A stretch of 32,000 bases of DNA from Candidatus Saccharimonadota bacterium (lineage in GTDB: Bacteria; Pseudomonadota; Gammaproteobacteria; Burkholderiales; Burkholderiaceae), in the NCBI RefSeq assembly GCF_964019745.1, contig NZ_OZ026462.1:60001-92000 (forward strand), read 5' to 3'. Shown here in pieces: positions 1 to 13,114 of this stretch. The position numbers were made by a program, and so were the translations under genes. The notes below the pieces were generated by a model. The model saw only the letters and a program-made list of their open reading frames with translations, ran no database searches and was not told the DNA's origin. Every line of letters begins with the position of its first letter. Within the stretch, counting starts at the first letter, position 1.

Positions 1-569
1 ATACCAGATATATAAGCTGCTGCAAAAACCAAAGGATTTTTTATACCATGAGGAGTAGGAACCATCATAATAATTTCTTTTACACCAGCAACTTTAGCAG
101 GAATTACATTCATTAAAACTGATGAAGGATAAGAAGCTGTACCTCCTGGTACATAAACTCCAATACGTTTTATAGGTAATATTCTTTGACTAAAAGTATT
201 ACCATTTTTATCAATATAAGAAAAACCTTCAAGACCACTATTTAATTTTTGATATTCATGAAATTTTCTAATTCTATCAGCTGCAACATATAAAGAATCT
301 AAATTTTTTTTTGAAATAAATTTTAAAGATTTTTTTAATTCATTCAAACTTATTTTTAAAGATGATACACAAGAAATATTTAATTTATCAAAAAAATTTG
401 TATATTCAATAATAGATTTATCACCATATTTTTTAACATTATCTAATATTTTTGCAACTTCTAAATCTACATTTTCATTTAAAATATTATTTTTTTTTTT
501 TAATATTAAATAAAGTTTTTTTTTAAAATTTTCATCTTTTGAAATAAGTTTTTTAATTTTAATTTTCAT
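1..569 (-). CDS. hisD: histidinol dehydrogenase, N-terminal part (3' end lies beyond window start)
   Basis: My own minus-strand translation from ATG at 569..567 gives MKIKIKKLISKDE...KYGDKSIIEYTNFFDK...AADRIRKFHEYQ...KRIGVYVPGGTASYPSSVLMNVIPAKVAGVKEIIMMVP. These are typical HisD motifs. It lies directly downstream of hisG. It is absent from the ORF track because it is open at the window edge. Confidence 0.85.
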   Translation of the reverse strand, partial: MKIKIKKLISKDENFKKKLYLILKKKNNILNENVDLEVAKILDNVKKYGDKSIIEYTNFFDKLNISCVSSLKISLNELKKSLKFISKKNLDSLYVAADRIRKFHEYQKLNSGLEGFSYIDKNGNTFSQRILPIKRIGVYVPGGTASYPSSVLMNVIPAKVAGVKEIIMMVPTPHGIKNPLVFAAAYISG

Positions 570-596
570 TAAAAAAAATTATATTTTTTATATATC

Positions 597-1244
597 TTAT
601 AAATTTATATTTTTTTTAAAAATTTTAAATATTGACTGTAAAAAATTATTTTTAAACTTTAATGATGATTTATTAATTATTAATTGTGAAGAAACTTTTA
701 AAATACATTTTATTTCTATTAAATTATTTTCTTTTAAAGTTAAACCAGTATCTATTAAATCCACAATTATATTAGATAAACCTATTAAAGGACTTAATTC
801 TAAAGAACCACTTAATTTTATTAAATTTATATTAATATTTTTAGATAAAAAATATTTACGAGTAATATTAATATATTTAGTAGCAACACATAATTTTAAA
901 CCAGAATTAATAAATTTCAAATAATCAAAATTTGATTTTGAAATAATAGATAATCTACATTTAGAAATTTTTAAATCAGTTAAATGATATAAATTTTTTA
1001 AATTATGCTCAAATAAAACATCTCTACCAACAATACCTAAATCAGCCACACCATAATTAACATATATAGGTACATCAAAAGCTCTTACCAAAATAATTTT
1101 TATATTAGAATTATTAGTTTTTAAAATAAGTTTACGTGATAATAAATATTTTTTTTTAAAAAAAATTCCAATAGAATTTAATAATAAAATTGTTTCTTTC
1201 AAAATTCTACCTTTTGATAAAGCAATAACTAATTTATGAATCAT
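597..1244 (-). CDS. hisG: ATP phosphoribosyltransferase, short form
   Basis: 215-aa ORF. N-terminus LVIALSKGRILKETILLL and LIKLSGSLELSPLIGLSNIIVDLIDTG resemble HisG. It is adjacent to hisD. The size fits the short HisG class. Confidence 0.85.
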   Translation of the reverse strand: MIHKLVIALSKGRILKETILLLNSIGIFFKKKYLLSRKLILKTNNSNIKIILVRAFDVPIYVNYGVADLGIVGRDVLFEHNLKNLYHLTDLKISKCRLSIISKSNFDYLKFINSGLKLCVATKYINITRKYFLSKNININLIKLSGSLELSPLIGLSNIIVDLIDTGLTLKENNLIEIKCILKVSSQLIINKSSLKFKNNFLQSIFKIFKKNINL

Positions 1245-1517
1245 AATTAATTTTAATAAAAATATTTATTATTAAAATATAAAAATTATTTATTAATATT
1301 AAAAAAATATTTTATATTTTAATATATTTTTAAAAATATATATTTTTTAAAAAAATTTTTTTTAAAAAAATTTTTAAAATATTTAATAATTAATAAAAAT
1401 TTAAAATATTTCTAAAAAAATAATAATAAAATTTAAAAAAATAAAAAATTTTAATATTTTTATATATAAAATTATTAATTTTATTTTTAAAATAAAAATA
1501 TTATAAATATAATTTAT

Positions 1518-1934
1518 TTATTTTTTATATTTTTCTAAAAAAGATAATTTTGATAAAACAATATTTAAATTTGCTTGTATTAATGATAATTTATTTTTAT
1601 TTTTAATATTTTTAGAAAGTTTTTCTGCTATAATAGATCTATTTTTATCTAAATGAGCATTCCTAACAGCTATATCAACTAAAATATTTACTTTATTTAA
1701 TCTAATTTCTATAAATCCACCAAAAACAAAAATAAATTCATTATATTTTTTTTCATAAAATTTTATTTTAATAATCCCAGGAACTATAAAAGAAATAAAA
1801 GGAATATGATTAGGAAAAATACCAATTTGACCTAAAGTACATGGTACTACAATAAATTTTACTAATCCAGAAAAAATTTTTTCTTTTACAGAAAGAATAT
1901 TTATTTTTATAAAAGATTTTTTTTTATTTTGCAT
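1518..1934 (-). CDS. atpC: F1 ATP synthase epsilon subunit
   Basis: 138-aa ORF immediately downstream of atpD. Size and position fit the canonical atpBEFHAGDC order. The sequence is diverged. Confidence 0.8.
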   Translation of the reverse strand: MQNKKKSFIKINILSVKEKIFSGLVKFIVVPCTLGQIGIFPNHIPFISFIVPGIIKIKFYEKKYNEFIFVFGGFIEIRLNKVNILVDIAVRNAHLDKNRSIIAEKLSKNIKNKNKLSLIQANLNIVLSKLSFLEKYKK

Positions 1935-1938
1935 AAAT

Positions 1939-4241
<2,303 letters not shown>

Positions 4242-4248
4242 ATAATAT

Positions 4249-5787
4249 TTATATAAAATTTTTTTTAAATTCCATAATAGAATTATTTAATAATTTTTCT
4301 ATTTTTTTATTTATTAACATATTTTTTTTTATATTTTTTAATAAATCCATTTTATTTCTAATCATAAAAGAATGTAATTTTTTTTCAAAAATTAATATAT
4401 TTTTAATTTCTATATCATCTAAAAAACCAAAATTTACTGCAAATAAACTAATAGCTATTAAATAAAAAGGCAATGGTGAATATTGTTCTTGTTTTAATAT
4501 TTCTATAACACGAGAACCTCTATTTAATTGTTCCTTTGTTCTTTTATCTAAATCAGAAGAAAATTGAGAAAATGCTTCTAATTCTTTATATTGTGCAAGA
4601 TTAGTTCTAATATTTAAAGATAAATTTTTAATAATTTTTGTTTGAGCTGCACCACCAACTCTAGAAACAGAAATACCAGCATTAATAGCTGGACGAATAC
4701 CAGCGTTAAATAAAGAAGTTTCTAAAAATATTTGTCCATCAGTTATAGAAATAACATTAGTAGGAATAAATGCAGAAATATCTCCAGACTGTGTTTCAAT
4801 AATCGGTAAAGCTGTTAAAGAACCTGTTTTACCACATATTTTACCATTAGTAATTTTTTCTATATAATTTATATTAACTCTAGAAGCGCGCTCTAATAAA
4901 CGACTATGAAGATAAAAAATATCACCAGGATAAGCTTCTCTACCAGGTGGTCTTCTTAATAATAATGATATTTGACGATATGCTATAGCATGTTTTGATA
5001 AATCATCATAAATTATTAAAGCATCTTGTCCTAAATCTCGAAAATATTCACCAATAGTACAACCTGAATAAGGAGAAATATATTGCATAGCAGCTGATTC
5101 TGCAGCTGTTGCTACAACAATTATAGTATAATTTATAGCTTCATAAATAGTTAATAAATTTACAATACTTTTAATAAAAGCCGCTTTTTGTCCAATAGCA
5201 ACATAAATACAAATCATATTTTGATTTTTTTGATTAATTATTGTATCTATAGCTAAAGTAGTTTTTCCTGTTTGTCTATCTCCAATAATTAATTCTCGTT
5301 GACCTTTACCAATAGGTACCATAGAATCAATAGATTTTAAACCAGTATGTAAAGGTTCAGAAACAGATTCTCTATCAATAACACTTGGTGCTATTCTTTC
5401 TATAGGTAAAAAAGAATCACAATAAATTTCTCCTTTACCATCTATAGGGTTTCCTAATGCATTAATAACACGTCCACATAATTTATTACTAACTGGAATT
5501 TTTAAAATACTACCAGTACATATAACTAAATCACCTTCAGAAATATTTTCATAAGAACCTAAAATTACAACACCTACAAAATCTCTTTCTAAATTTAAAG
5601 CTAAACCTATTTCACCTTTAGAAAATTTTAACATTTCTCCTTGCATAACATTAGACAAACCATAAACATTACAAATACCATCAGAAACAGTAAGAACTAC
5701 ACCTTGATTTTTAATTTCTGTAATATATTTAAAAGATTCAATTTTTTTTTTAATTACTTCACTAATTTCAGAAATATTAATTTGCAT
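4249..5787 (-). CDS. atpA: F1 ATP synthase alpha subunit
   Basis: 512 aa. Walker A GDRQTGKT, plus [27 protein letters not shown]. Confidence 0.97.
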   Translation of the reverse strand: MQINISEISEVIKKKIESFKYITEIKNQGVVLTVSDGICNVYGLSNVMQGEMLKFSKGEIGLALNLERDFVGVVILGSYENISEGDLVICTGSILKIPVSNKLCGRVINALGNPIDGKGEIYCDSFLPIERIAPSVIDRESVSEPLHTGLKSIDSMVPIGKGQRELIIGDRQTGKTTLAIDTIINQKNQNMICIYVAIGQKAAFIKSIVNLLTIYEAINYTIIVVATAAESAAMQYISPYSGCTIGEYFRDLGQDALIIYDDLSKHAIAYRQISLLLRRPPGREAYPGDIFYLHSRLLERASRVNINYIEKITNGKICGKTGSLTALPIIETQSGDISAFIPTNVISITDGQIFLETSLFNAGIRPAINAGISVSRVGGAAQTKIIKNLSLNIRTNLAQYKELEAFSQFSSDLDKRTKEQLNRGSRVIEILKQEQYSPLPFYLIAISLFAVNFGFLDDIEIKNILIFEKKLHSFMIRNKMDLLKNIKKNMLINKKIEKLLNNSIMEFKKNFI

Positions 5788-5815
5788 ATTTTTAATATAT
5801 ATAAAGATTTTAAAA

Positions 5816-6355
5816 TTAATTACTTAAAATTTTAAATAAAATATTTAAATTATTTTTAATAGAAACATCATAAATATTATCATTAATAATAATAAAAATA
5901 CCACCAATAATAGATTTATTTATAATAATTTTATATTTAATTTTACAACAAAAAAATTTTTCTATTTTATATATTAAATTTAATATTTGTTTTTTTGATA
6001 AAATATAAGCAGTAACAATTTTAATATTTTTAACATTTTTATAAATATTTATTAAAAGAAAAAAAAAATTTACAATTTTCGAAAAAAAAATTATTCTTTT
6101 ATTTTTAATTAAAATTTTAATAAAATTAATAATTTTTTTATTATTAATAATATCTTGATCTAAAAAATTTAAAAGAATTAAAAATTTATGTTTAAAAGAT
6201 ATAAATGAATTTTTTAAAAAATTTATAATTTCAGGACAAATTAAAATTTGCTTTAATTTTTTAATTAATTTTAACCAAACAACTAATTCTTCAGTAATTA
6301 CTATTTCAAACAAAGCACGAGAATAAAAATATAAATAAAAATCATCTTTAATCAT
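5816..6355 (-). CDS. atpH: F1 ATP synthase delta subunit (diverged)
   Basis: 179-aa ORF between atpF and atpA. The call rests on operon position and size. It overlaps the atpF 3' end by 8 nt. Confidence 0.7.
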   Translation of the reverse strand: MIKDDFYLYFYSRALFEIVITEELVVWLKLIKKLKQILICPEIINFLKNSFISFKHKFLILLNFLDQDIINNKKIINFIKILIKNKRIIFFSKIVNFFFLLINIYKNVKNIKIVTAYILSKKQILNLIYKIEKFFCCKIKYKIIINKSIIGGIFIIINDNIYDVSIKNNLNILFKILSN

Positions 6356-6833
6356 TAAAAATATTTTTTGTAAAATTCAATTTATTTAAAAATTTATTTT
6401 TATCTTTATTAGTAATTTCTTTTTCTAAAATTTTTTCTAAACTTTTAAAAGTTAAAGAAATAATCTCATTTTTTAAATTATTTTTTGCTAAAAAAATATC
6501 TTGATTAATTTTTTCTTTAGCATTTTTAAAAATTTTTAAAACTTCTTTAGAAGCTTTTTTTTTTGCATTTATTATAATAAATTTTGATTCCTTTTCAGAA
6601 GCTTGAATAATTTTCAAAGCATCTTTTTTAGAATTTAATAATTTTTTTTTAATTTTTAATTTAATTTTTTGAATTTTTAATTTATTTTGTTTTATTATAG
6701 ATAAATTTTCTGTAATATTTTTTATTCTTTTTTCTAAAATTTTATTTAATAATGGATAAATAAATTTATAAACAAAACCAACTAATATAAAAAATATTAT
6801 AAATTCTATAAATAATGTTAAATTTAAATTCAT
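6348..6833 (-). CDS. atpF: Fo ATP synthase b subunit
   Basis: 161 aa with a single N-terminal hydrophobic helix followed by a long charged helical region. It lies between atpE and atpH. Confidence 0.78.
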   Translation of the reverse strand: MNLNLTLFIEFIIFFILVGFVYKFIYPLLNKILEKRIKNITENLSIIKQNKLKIQKIKLKIKKKLLNSKKDALKIIQASEKESKFIIINAKKKASKEVLKIFKNAKEKINQDIFLAKNNLKNEIISLTFKSLEKILEKEITNKDKNKFLNKLNFTKNIFND

Positions 6834-6891
6834 AAATATTGTAAATATTGTTATTATAAATAATAATATTATATATTAATAATTATAAAAA

Positions 6892-7149
<258 letters not shown>

Positions 7150-7168
7150 TTAAATAATTTATTATTTT

Positions 7169-8005
<837 letters not shown>

Positions 8006-8174
8006 TTATTTAAGATAAAATATTTACAAGAATAAAAAAAATTTAAATTATATTTTATAAATAAAAAATTATGTTTTTAATATATAAAAAAAAAAAAATA
8101 TTAGAAATAATAATAAAAAAAAAATATTAAATATAATTATAACATAATATAAAAATTATTTTAAACTAAATATT

Positions 8175-8248
8175 AGTGATATAGCTTAAATGGTTAAAGC
8201 ACAGCACTCATAACGCTGAGAGTGGTGGTTCAATTCCACCTATCACTA
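8175..8248 (+). tRNA. tRNA with CAU anticodon, elongator type (tRNA-Met, or tRNA-Ile2 if lysidinylated)
   Basis: Hand-folded 74-nt cloverleaf. Acceptor agtgata/tatcact; D stem gctt/aagc; anticodon loop ctCATaa (CAT at 8209..8211). T arm ggtgg-ttcaatt-ccacc, discriminator A, no encoded CCA. The 1:72 pair is A-T, so it is not initiator-like. There is one A/C mismatch at the 31:39 position. It is the only GC-enriched patch in the intergenic DNA. Confidence 0.85.
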
Positions 8249-8262
8249 AAATATATAAATAT

Positions 8263-9588
8263 ATGGAATATAAAATATATATTAAAACTTTTGGTTGTCA
8301 AATGAATGTTTATGATTCAAAAAAAATTTTAGAAATATTAAATATATATTTTAAAATTATTAAAATAAAAAATAAAGAAGATGCTAATATAATTATATTA
8401 AATACATGTTCAATAAGAGAAAAAGCAAAAGAAAAATTTTTTTCTGAATTAGGTAGAATTTCAAAACTTAAAAAAAAAAAAAAATTTTTAATTTGTATTG
8501 GAGGATGTGTTGCGCAAGAAGAAAAAGAAAAAATTTTTAAAAGATCACCTTTAGTTGATATAATTTTTAGTCCTAAAACATTACATATGTTACCAACAAT
8601 GATTAAAAATCATGAAAAAAATAAAAAACAAATAAAAATAAATTCTACAATTTTAAAAAAATTTTTAATAATTAAAAAAAAAAAAAAAAATAATAATCCA
8701 ACAGCTTTTTTAACAATAATGGAAGGATGTAATAAATTTTGTAGTTATTGTATAGTACCACAAACTAGAGGAAAAGAAATTTCGAGAAATATTAAAAATA
8801 TTTTAGAAGAAATTAAAGAATTTATAAAACAAGGGAAAAAAGAGATTATTTTATTAGGGCAAAATGTTAATGCTTTTAAAAATTTTAAAAATAATAAAAA
8901 AAAAGATTTTTCTGATTTAATAAAATATATTTCAAAAATCCCAGAAATTAAAAGAATAAAATTTATCACAAATCATCCTAAAGAATTTACAGAAAAATTA
9001 ATTAATAGTTATATTAATAATTCTAAATTAGGTAATCATATTTATTTACCAGTACAACATGCCTCTAATAAAATTTTAAAAAAAATGCGTAGAGGTTATA
9101 CTATAGAAGAATATAAAAATATTATATATAAAATAAAAAAAATAAAACCTAATATATCAATATCAACTGATTTTATTATTGGTTTTCCTGGAGAAAATGA
9201 TAATGATTTTAAAAAATTAATAAATTTAATTAATGAGATAAAATTTGATACTAGTTATAGTTTTATATATAGTCCAAGACTTAAAACATTAGCAGCAAAA
9301 TTTATAAATAACATTCCTGAAATAATTAAAAAATATAGATTGCAATATATACAAACAATAATTAAAAAAAATATTTATAAAATTAATAAAAATATGATAG
9401 GTTCAAAACAATATGTTTTAGTAGAAAATATATCAAAAAAAAATCCTTTAAAATTAACAGGTAAAACAGAAAATAATAAAATAGTTAATTTTTATATAAA
9501 AAAAAATAAAAAAAAAATTATAGGTAAAATTATACCTATAAAAATTACTAAAGCTTTTCAATTTTATTTAGAAGGTAAAATAATATAA
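8263..9588 (+). CDS. miaB: tRNA methylthiotransferase (radical SAM, MiaB-like)
   Basis: 441 aa. N-terminal KTFGCQMNVYDS (UPF0004 domain), radical-SAM cluster EGCNKFCSYCIVPQTRGKE, and a C-terminal TRAM-like region. Synteny with ybeY is as in many proteobacteria. Confidence 0.88.
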   Translation: MEYKIYIKTFGCQMNVYDSKKILEILNIYFKIIKIKNKEDANIIILNTCSIREKAKEKFFSELGRISKLKKKKKFLICIGGCVAQEEKEKIFKRSPLVDIIFSPKTLHMLPTMIKNHEKNKKQIKINSTILKKFLIIKKKKKNNNPTAFLTIMEGCNKFCSYCIVPQTRGKEISRNIKNILEEIKEFIKQGKKEIILLGQNVNAFKNFKNNKKKDFSDLIKYISKIPEIKRIKFITNHPKEFTEKLINSYINNSKLGNHIYLPVQHASNKILKKMRRGYTIEEYKNIIYKIKKIKPNISISTDFIIGFPGENDNDFKKLINLINEIKFDTSYSFIYSPRLKTLAAKFINNIPEIIKKYRLQYIQTIIKKNIYKINKNMIGSKQYVLVENISKKNPLKLTGKTENNKIVNFYIKKNKKKIIGKIIPIKITKAFQFYLEGKII

Positions 9589-9612
9589 ATAATATTTATT
9601 ATATAAAAATAT

Positions 9613-10058
9613 ATGAAAAAAAAAAATAAAATATATATTAATTATTATAATAAATATATAAATAAAATTATACCTTATTTTATAATATATAAATGTGGGA
9701 ATTTAATTTTTAAAAAAAAAACAGAGATTTCAATTATTAATGTAAAAAAAAAAAAATTAAAAAACTTAATTTTAAATATAGAAAAAAAAAAAAAATAACT
9801 AATATTTTAACTTTTACATATATAAAAAAAAAAAATATAAAAGCTGATATAATTTTATGTATAAAAAAAATAATACAAGAAGCAAAAAAACAAAAAAAAA
9901 CACTTTTATTTCATATAATTCATTTAATAATACATGGGATGTTACATATACAAGGTTATAAACATAATAATAAAAAAACTTTAAAAAAAATGAAAAAAAA
10001 AGAAATAAAAATTTTAAAAAAAATAGGATTTAAAAATCCATATATTATTAATTTTTAA
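9613..10058 (+). pseudogene. ybeY: endoribonuclease YbeY, split by a frameshift inside an A13 run (9744..9756)
   Basis: Frame of 9613 gives ...TEISIINVKKKK, then runs to a stop at 9796..9798. The frame ending at stop 10056..10058 gives IKKLNFKYRKKKKITNILTF...ADIILC...HLIIHGMLHIQGYKH. The latter carries the YbeY TNVLSF-like motif and the HxxxHxxxxxH zinc site. Adding one A to the run fuses the halves into about 148 aa. Confidence 0.78.
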
Positions 10059-10091
10059 TATAATATATTATAAATTATATTATTTTAAAAA

Positions 10092-10967
10092 ATGATAACT
10101 ATACAAAAAATTATATTTAAACTTAATAAATTTTGGGAAAAATATGGATGTATATTATTACAACCATATGATATAGAAATAGGTGCCGGTACATCACATA
10201 CAGCAACTTTTTTAAAAGCTATAGGACCAGAACATTGGAAAGCTGCTTATATACAAAATTCTAGAAGACCTAAAGATGGAAAATATGGAAAAAATTTTAA
10301 TAAAATTCAAAATTATTTTCAATATCAAGTAGTTTTAAAACCTACTCCAGATAATTTTTTAGATTTATATATAAATTCATTAAAATTTTTAAAATTAAAT
10401 TTTAAAAATAATGATATTAGATTTATAGAAGATAATTGGAAAAATCCAACATTAGGTTCATGGGGGGTAGGATGGGAAGTAAAATTAAATGGTATAGAAA
10501 TAACACAAATAACATATTTTCAACAAGTTGGTTGTATAAATTGTAATCCAATATTAGGTGAAATTACCTATGGCATAGAAAGACTTGCTATGCATTTACA
10601 AAATAATAAAAATATTAACAATTTAATTTGGACAGAAATTAAAAATAAAAATAAAATTAAAAAAATATTATATAAAGAATTATTTATTCAAAATGAATAT
10701 GAATTTTCATTATTAAATTTTAATTTTTATAATAAAAAAATTTTATTAGAAACATTTAATATATATGAAAAAGAATCAAAAAGATTAATTAATTTATTAT
10801 TAATTTTTCCATCATATGAAATGATGTTAAAATCAACACATATTTTTAATTTATTAGAAGCTACTGGTACTATTTCTGCAATAGAAAAAATTAATTATAT
10901 ATATCGTATTAAAAAAATATCTTGTAAAATTGCAAAATTATATCTTTCTTTAAAAAATAAAAAATAA
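10092..10967 (+). CDS. glyQ: glycyl-tRNA synthetase alpha subunit (intact copy)
   Basis: 291 aa. FWEKYGCILLQPYDIEIGAGTSHTATFL and WGVGWEVKLNGIEITQITYFQQVG are highly conserved GlyQ blocks. Confidence 0.96.
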   Translation: MITIQKIIFKLNKFWEKYGCILLQPYDIEIGAGTSHTATFLKAIGPEHWKAAYIQNSRRPKDGKYGKNFNKIQNYFQYQVVLKPTPDNFLDLYINSLKFLKLNFKNNDIRFIEDNWKNPTLGSWGVGWEVKLNGIEITQITYFQQVGCINCNPILGEITYGIERLAMHLQNNKNINNLIWTEIKNKNKIKKILYKELFIQNEYEFSLLNFNFYNKKILLETFNIYEKESKRLINLLLIFPSYEMMLKSTHIFNLLEATGTISAIEKINYIYRIKKISCKIAKLYLSLKNKK

Positions 10968-11002
10968 ATAAATTTATATATAATATATTTTAATAATTTA
11001 AA

Positions 11003-13114
11003 ATGATAAAAAAAAATCTTTTGATAGAATTAATGACAGAAGAACTACCTCATAAAATTTTATTAAATATAGAAAATACATTTACAAAAAATATTATTTA
11101 TAAATTACAATTAGAAAATTTTATAAAAAAAAATTCATATATAGAAACATATTCAACAATACGACGAATAGGTATATATATAAAAAATGTAAAAAAAAAA
11201 TCTAAAAGTTTAATTTTTAAAAAAAAAATATTATCTAAAAATATAGCCTTTGATAAAAATAATCGTCCAACTTTTTTTTTAATAAAAAAAATTTCAATAA
11301 TTTCTAAAATTAATAATTTTTATAAAATTTCTATTAATAAAATAAAAAAAAAAAATAAAAATAATAAAAAGGAATTATTTTTTTATTATAAAAAAAAAAA
11401 TATATATTTAAAATATTTTTTAAAAAATGTATTAGAAAATTCTATAAAAAAATTATCTATTTATAGATTTATGAAATATAATAAAAAAATAAATAAAAAT
11501 TTCATAAAAATTATTGAATTTATTAGACCAATAAAAAATTTATTAATTATTTTTGGTAAAAAAATAATTTCATTAAATATTCTTCATATTAATTCAAATT
11601 CTATAACTTATGGTAATAGATTTATTAAAAATAATATTTTAAATATTAATAATGCAAATAATTATTCTAAAATATTAATAAAAGAAGGTAAAGTAATACC
11701 AAACTTTTCTCAAAGATTATTAACAATAAAAAATCTTTTATTTAAAAAAGCTAAAAATTATAAATTATCTATAAACAAAAAATTATTAAAAGAAATTACA
11801 GCTCTTATTGAATGGCCAACAGTATATAAATGTGCGTTTAATAAAGTTTTTTTAAAACTTCCAAAAAAATGTATAAAAATAATAATTCAAAATTTTCAAA
11901 AACATTTTATTTTAAAAAATAAATATAATAAAATATGTAAATATTTTCTTATAGTTTGTAACTCTAACACTAAAAATTTTAAAAATATTATTCAAGAATA
12001 TGAAAAATCAATTTTTTATATATTATCAGAAATAAAAATCTTTTTTAAAAAAGATAAAAAAACTACATTATATAAAAAAAAAAAATTATTAAAAAATATT
12101 ATTTATCATAATAAATTAGGAAATCAATTACAAAGAATAAAAAGAATAAAAAAAATATCAATAGATATTTCCAATATTATTAAATGTAATAAATATTTGC
12201 TAAAAAGAAGTTTATCTCTATTTAAAATTGATCTTACTACTAAAATAGTAAAAAAATTTCCAATTTTACAGGGAATTATAGGAAAATATTATGCAATATA
12301 TGATGGAGAAAATAAAAAAGTTGCTAAATCTATATTAGAACATTATTTACCTAAATTTTTTAATGATAAATTACCATTTTTAAAAATTTCAATAATAATT
12401 TCTATAGCAGACAAATTAGAAATTATAATTGGTATTTGGAATATAGGTTTTAAACCTAAAAATAATAAAGATCCTTTTAAAATTAAAAGAAATATAATTG
12501 GATTATTACAAATATTAATAGAAAAAAAATTATTATTATCTATACCAATGTTAATAAAACAAACTATTAATAGTTTTAAAAAAAATAATATTTTTAAGAA
12601 TCAATATATGAATATATATAATTTTATTTATAAAAAATTAAATAAATTATTATTAAAATATAATTTTAAAAAAAATGAAATAAAATCTATAATTTCTAAA
12701 AAACCAAAAATTATTGGAGATATAATTTATAAATTAAAAACATTAAAAATAATTAATTTTTCAATAAAATATAATAATTTATTTATTTCTAATAAAAGAA
12801 TTATAAATATTTTAAAAAAATTTAATAAAAATATTTATATAAATAAAAAATATTTAAAAAAAAAATATGAAATATATATTTATAATAAAATTATAAAAAC
12901 ACAAAAATTAATTAATATTAATATTAAAAAAAAAAAATATATTAATATATTTAATAAATTATTAATTTTTAATAAATATATAGAAAAATTTTTTAAAAAA
13001 ATAAAAATAAATTCAAAAAATATAAATTATAAAAATAATAGAAAAGCAATATTAAAAAATATATATAATATGTTAAATAAAATTATAAATTTAAATTTTT
13101 TAAAAAAAAATTAA
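11003..13114 (+). CDS. glyS: glycyl-tRNA synthetase beta subunit (copy 1)
   Basis: 703 aa directly after glyQ. The N-terminus LLIELMTEELP and LQGIIGKYYA are GlyS-like. Otherwise it is very diverged and Lys-rich. Confidence 0.85.
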   Translation: MIKKNLLIELMTEELPHKILLNIENTFTKNIIYKLQLENFIKKNSYIETYSTIRRIGIYIKNVKKKSKSLIFKKKILSKNIAFDKNNRPTFFLIKKISIISKINNFYKISINKIKKKNKNNKKELFFYYKKKNIYLKYFLKNVLENSIKKLSIYRFMKYNKKINKNFIKIIEFIRPIKNLLIIFGKKIISLNILHINSNSITYGNRFIKNNILNINNANNYSKILIKEGKVIPNFSQRLLTIKNLLFKKAKNYKLSINKKLLKEITALIEWPTVYKCAFNKVFLKLPKKCIKIIIQNFQKHFILKNKYNKICKYFLIVCNSNTKNFKNIIQEYEKSIFYILSEIKIFFKKDKKTTLYKKKKLLKNIIYHNKLGNQLQRIKRIKKISIDISNIIKCNKYLLKRSLSLFKIDLTTKIVKKFPILQGIIGKYYAIYDGENKKVAKSILEHYLPKFFNDKLPFLKISIIISIADKLEIIIGIWNIGFKPKNNKDPFKIKRNIIGLLQILIEKKLLLSIPMLIKQTINSFKKNNIFKNQYMNIYNFIYKKLNKLLLKYNFKKNEIKSIISKKPKIIGDIIYKLKTLKIINFSIKYNNLFISNKRIINILKKFNKNIYINKKYLKKKYEIYIYNKIIKTQKLININIKKKKYINIFNKLLIFNKYIEKFFKKIKINSKNINYKNNRKAILKNIYNMLNKIINLNFLKKN

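Noticed and set aside
5641-5835. 64-aa ORF on the plus strand
   Set aside because: It lies antisense to the atpA 5' end and the atpH 3' end. The sequence is low-complexity and resembles nothing I recognise. Such ORFs are expected by chance in AT-rich DNA opposite a real gene.
8745-8969. 74-aa ORF on the minus strand
   Set aside because: It lies entirely antisense within the well-supported miaB gene, so it is spurious.
9613-9798. Stand-alone 61-aa Lys-rich small protein
   Set aside because: It is better explained as the N-terminal portion of a frameshifted ybeY. The downstream frame continues the YbeY homology directly from the poly(A) run.
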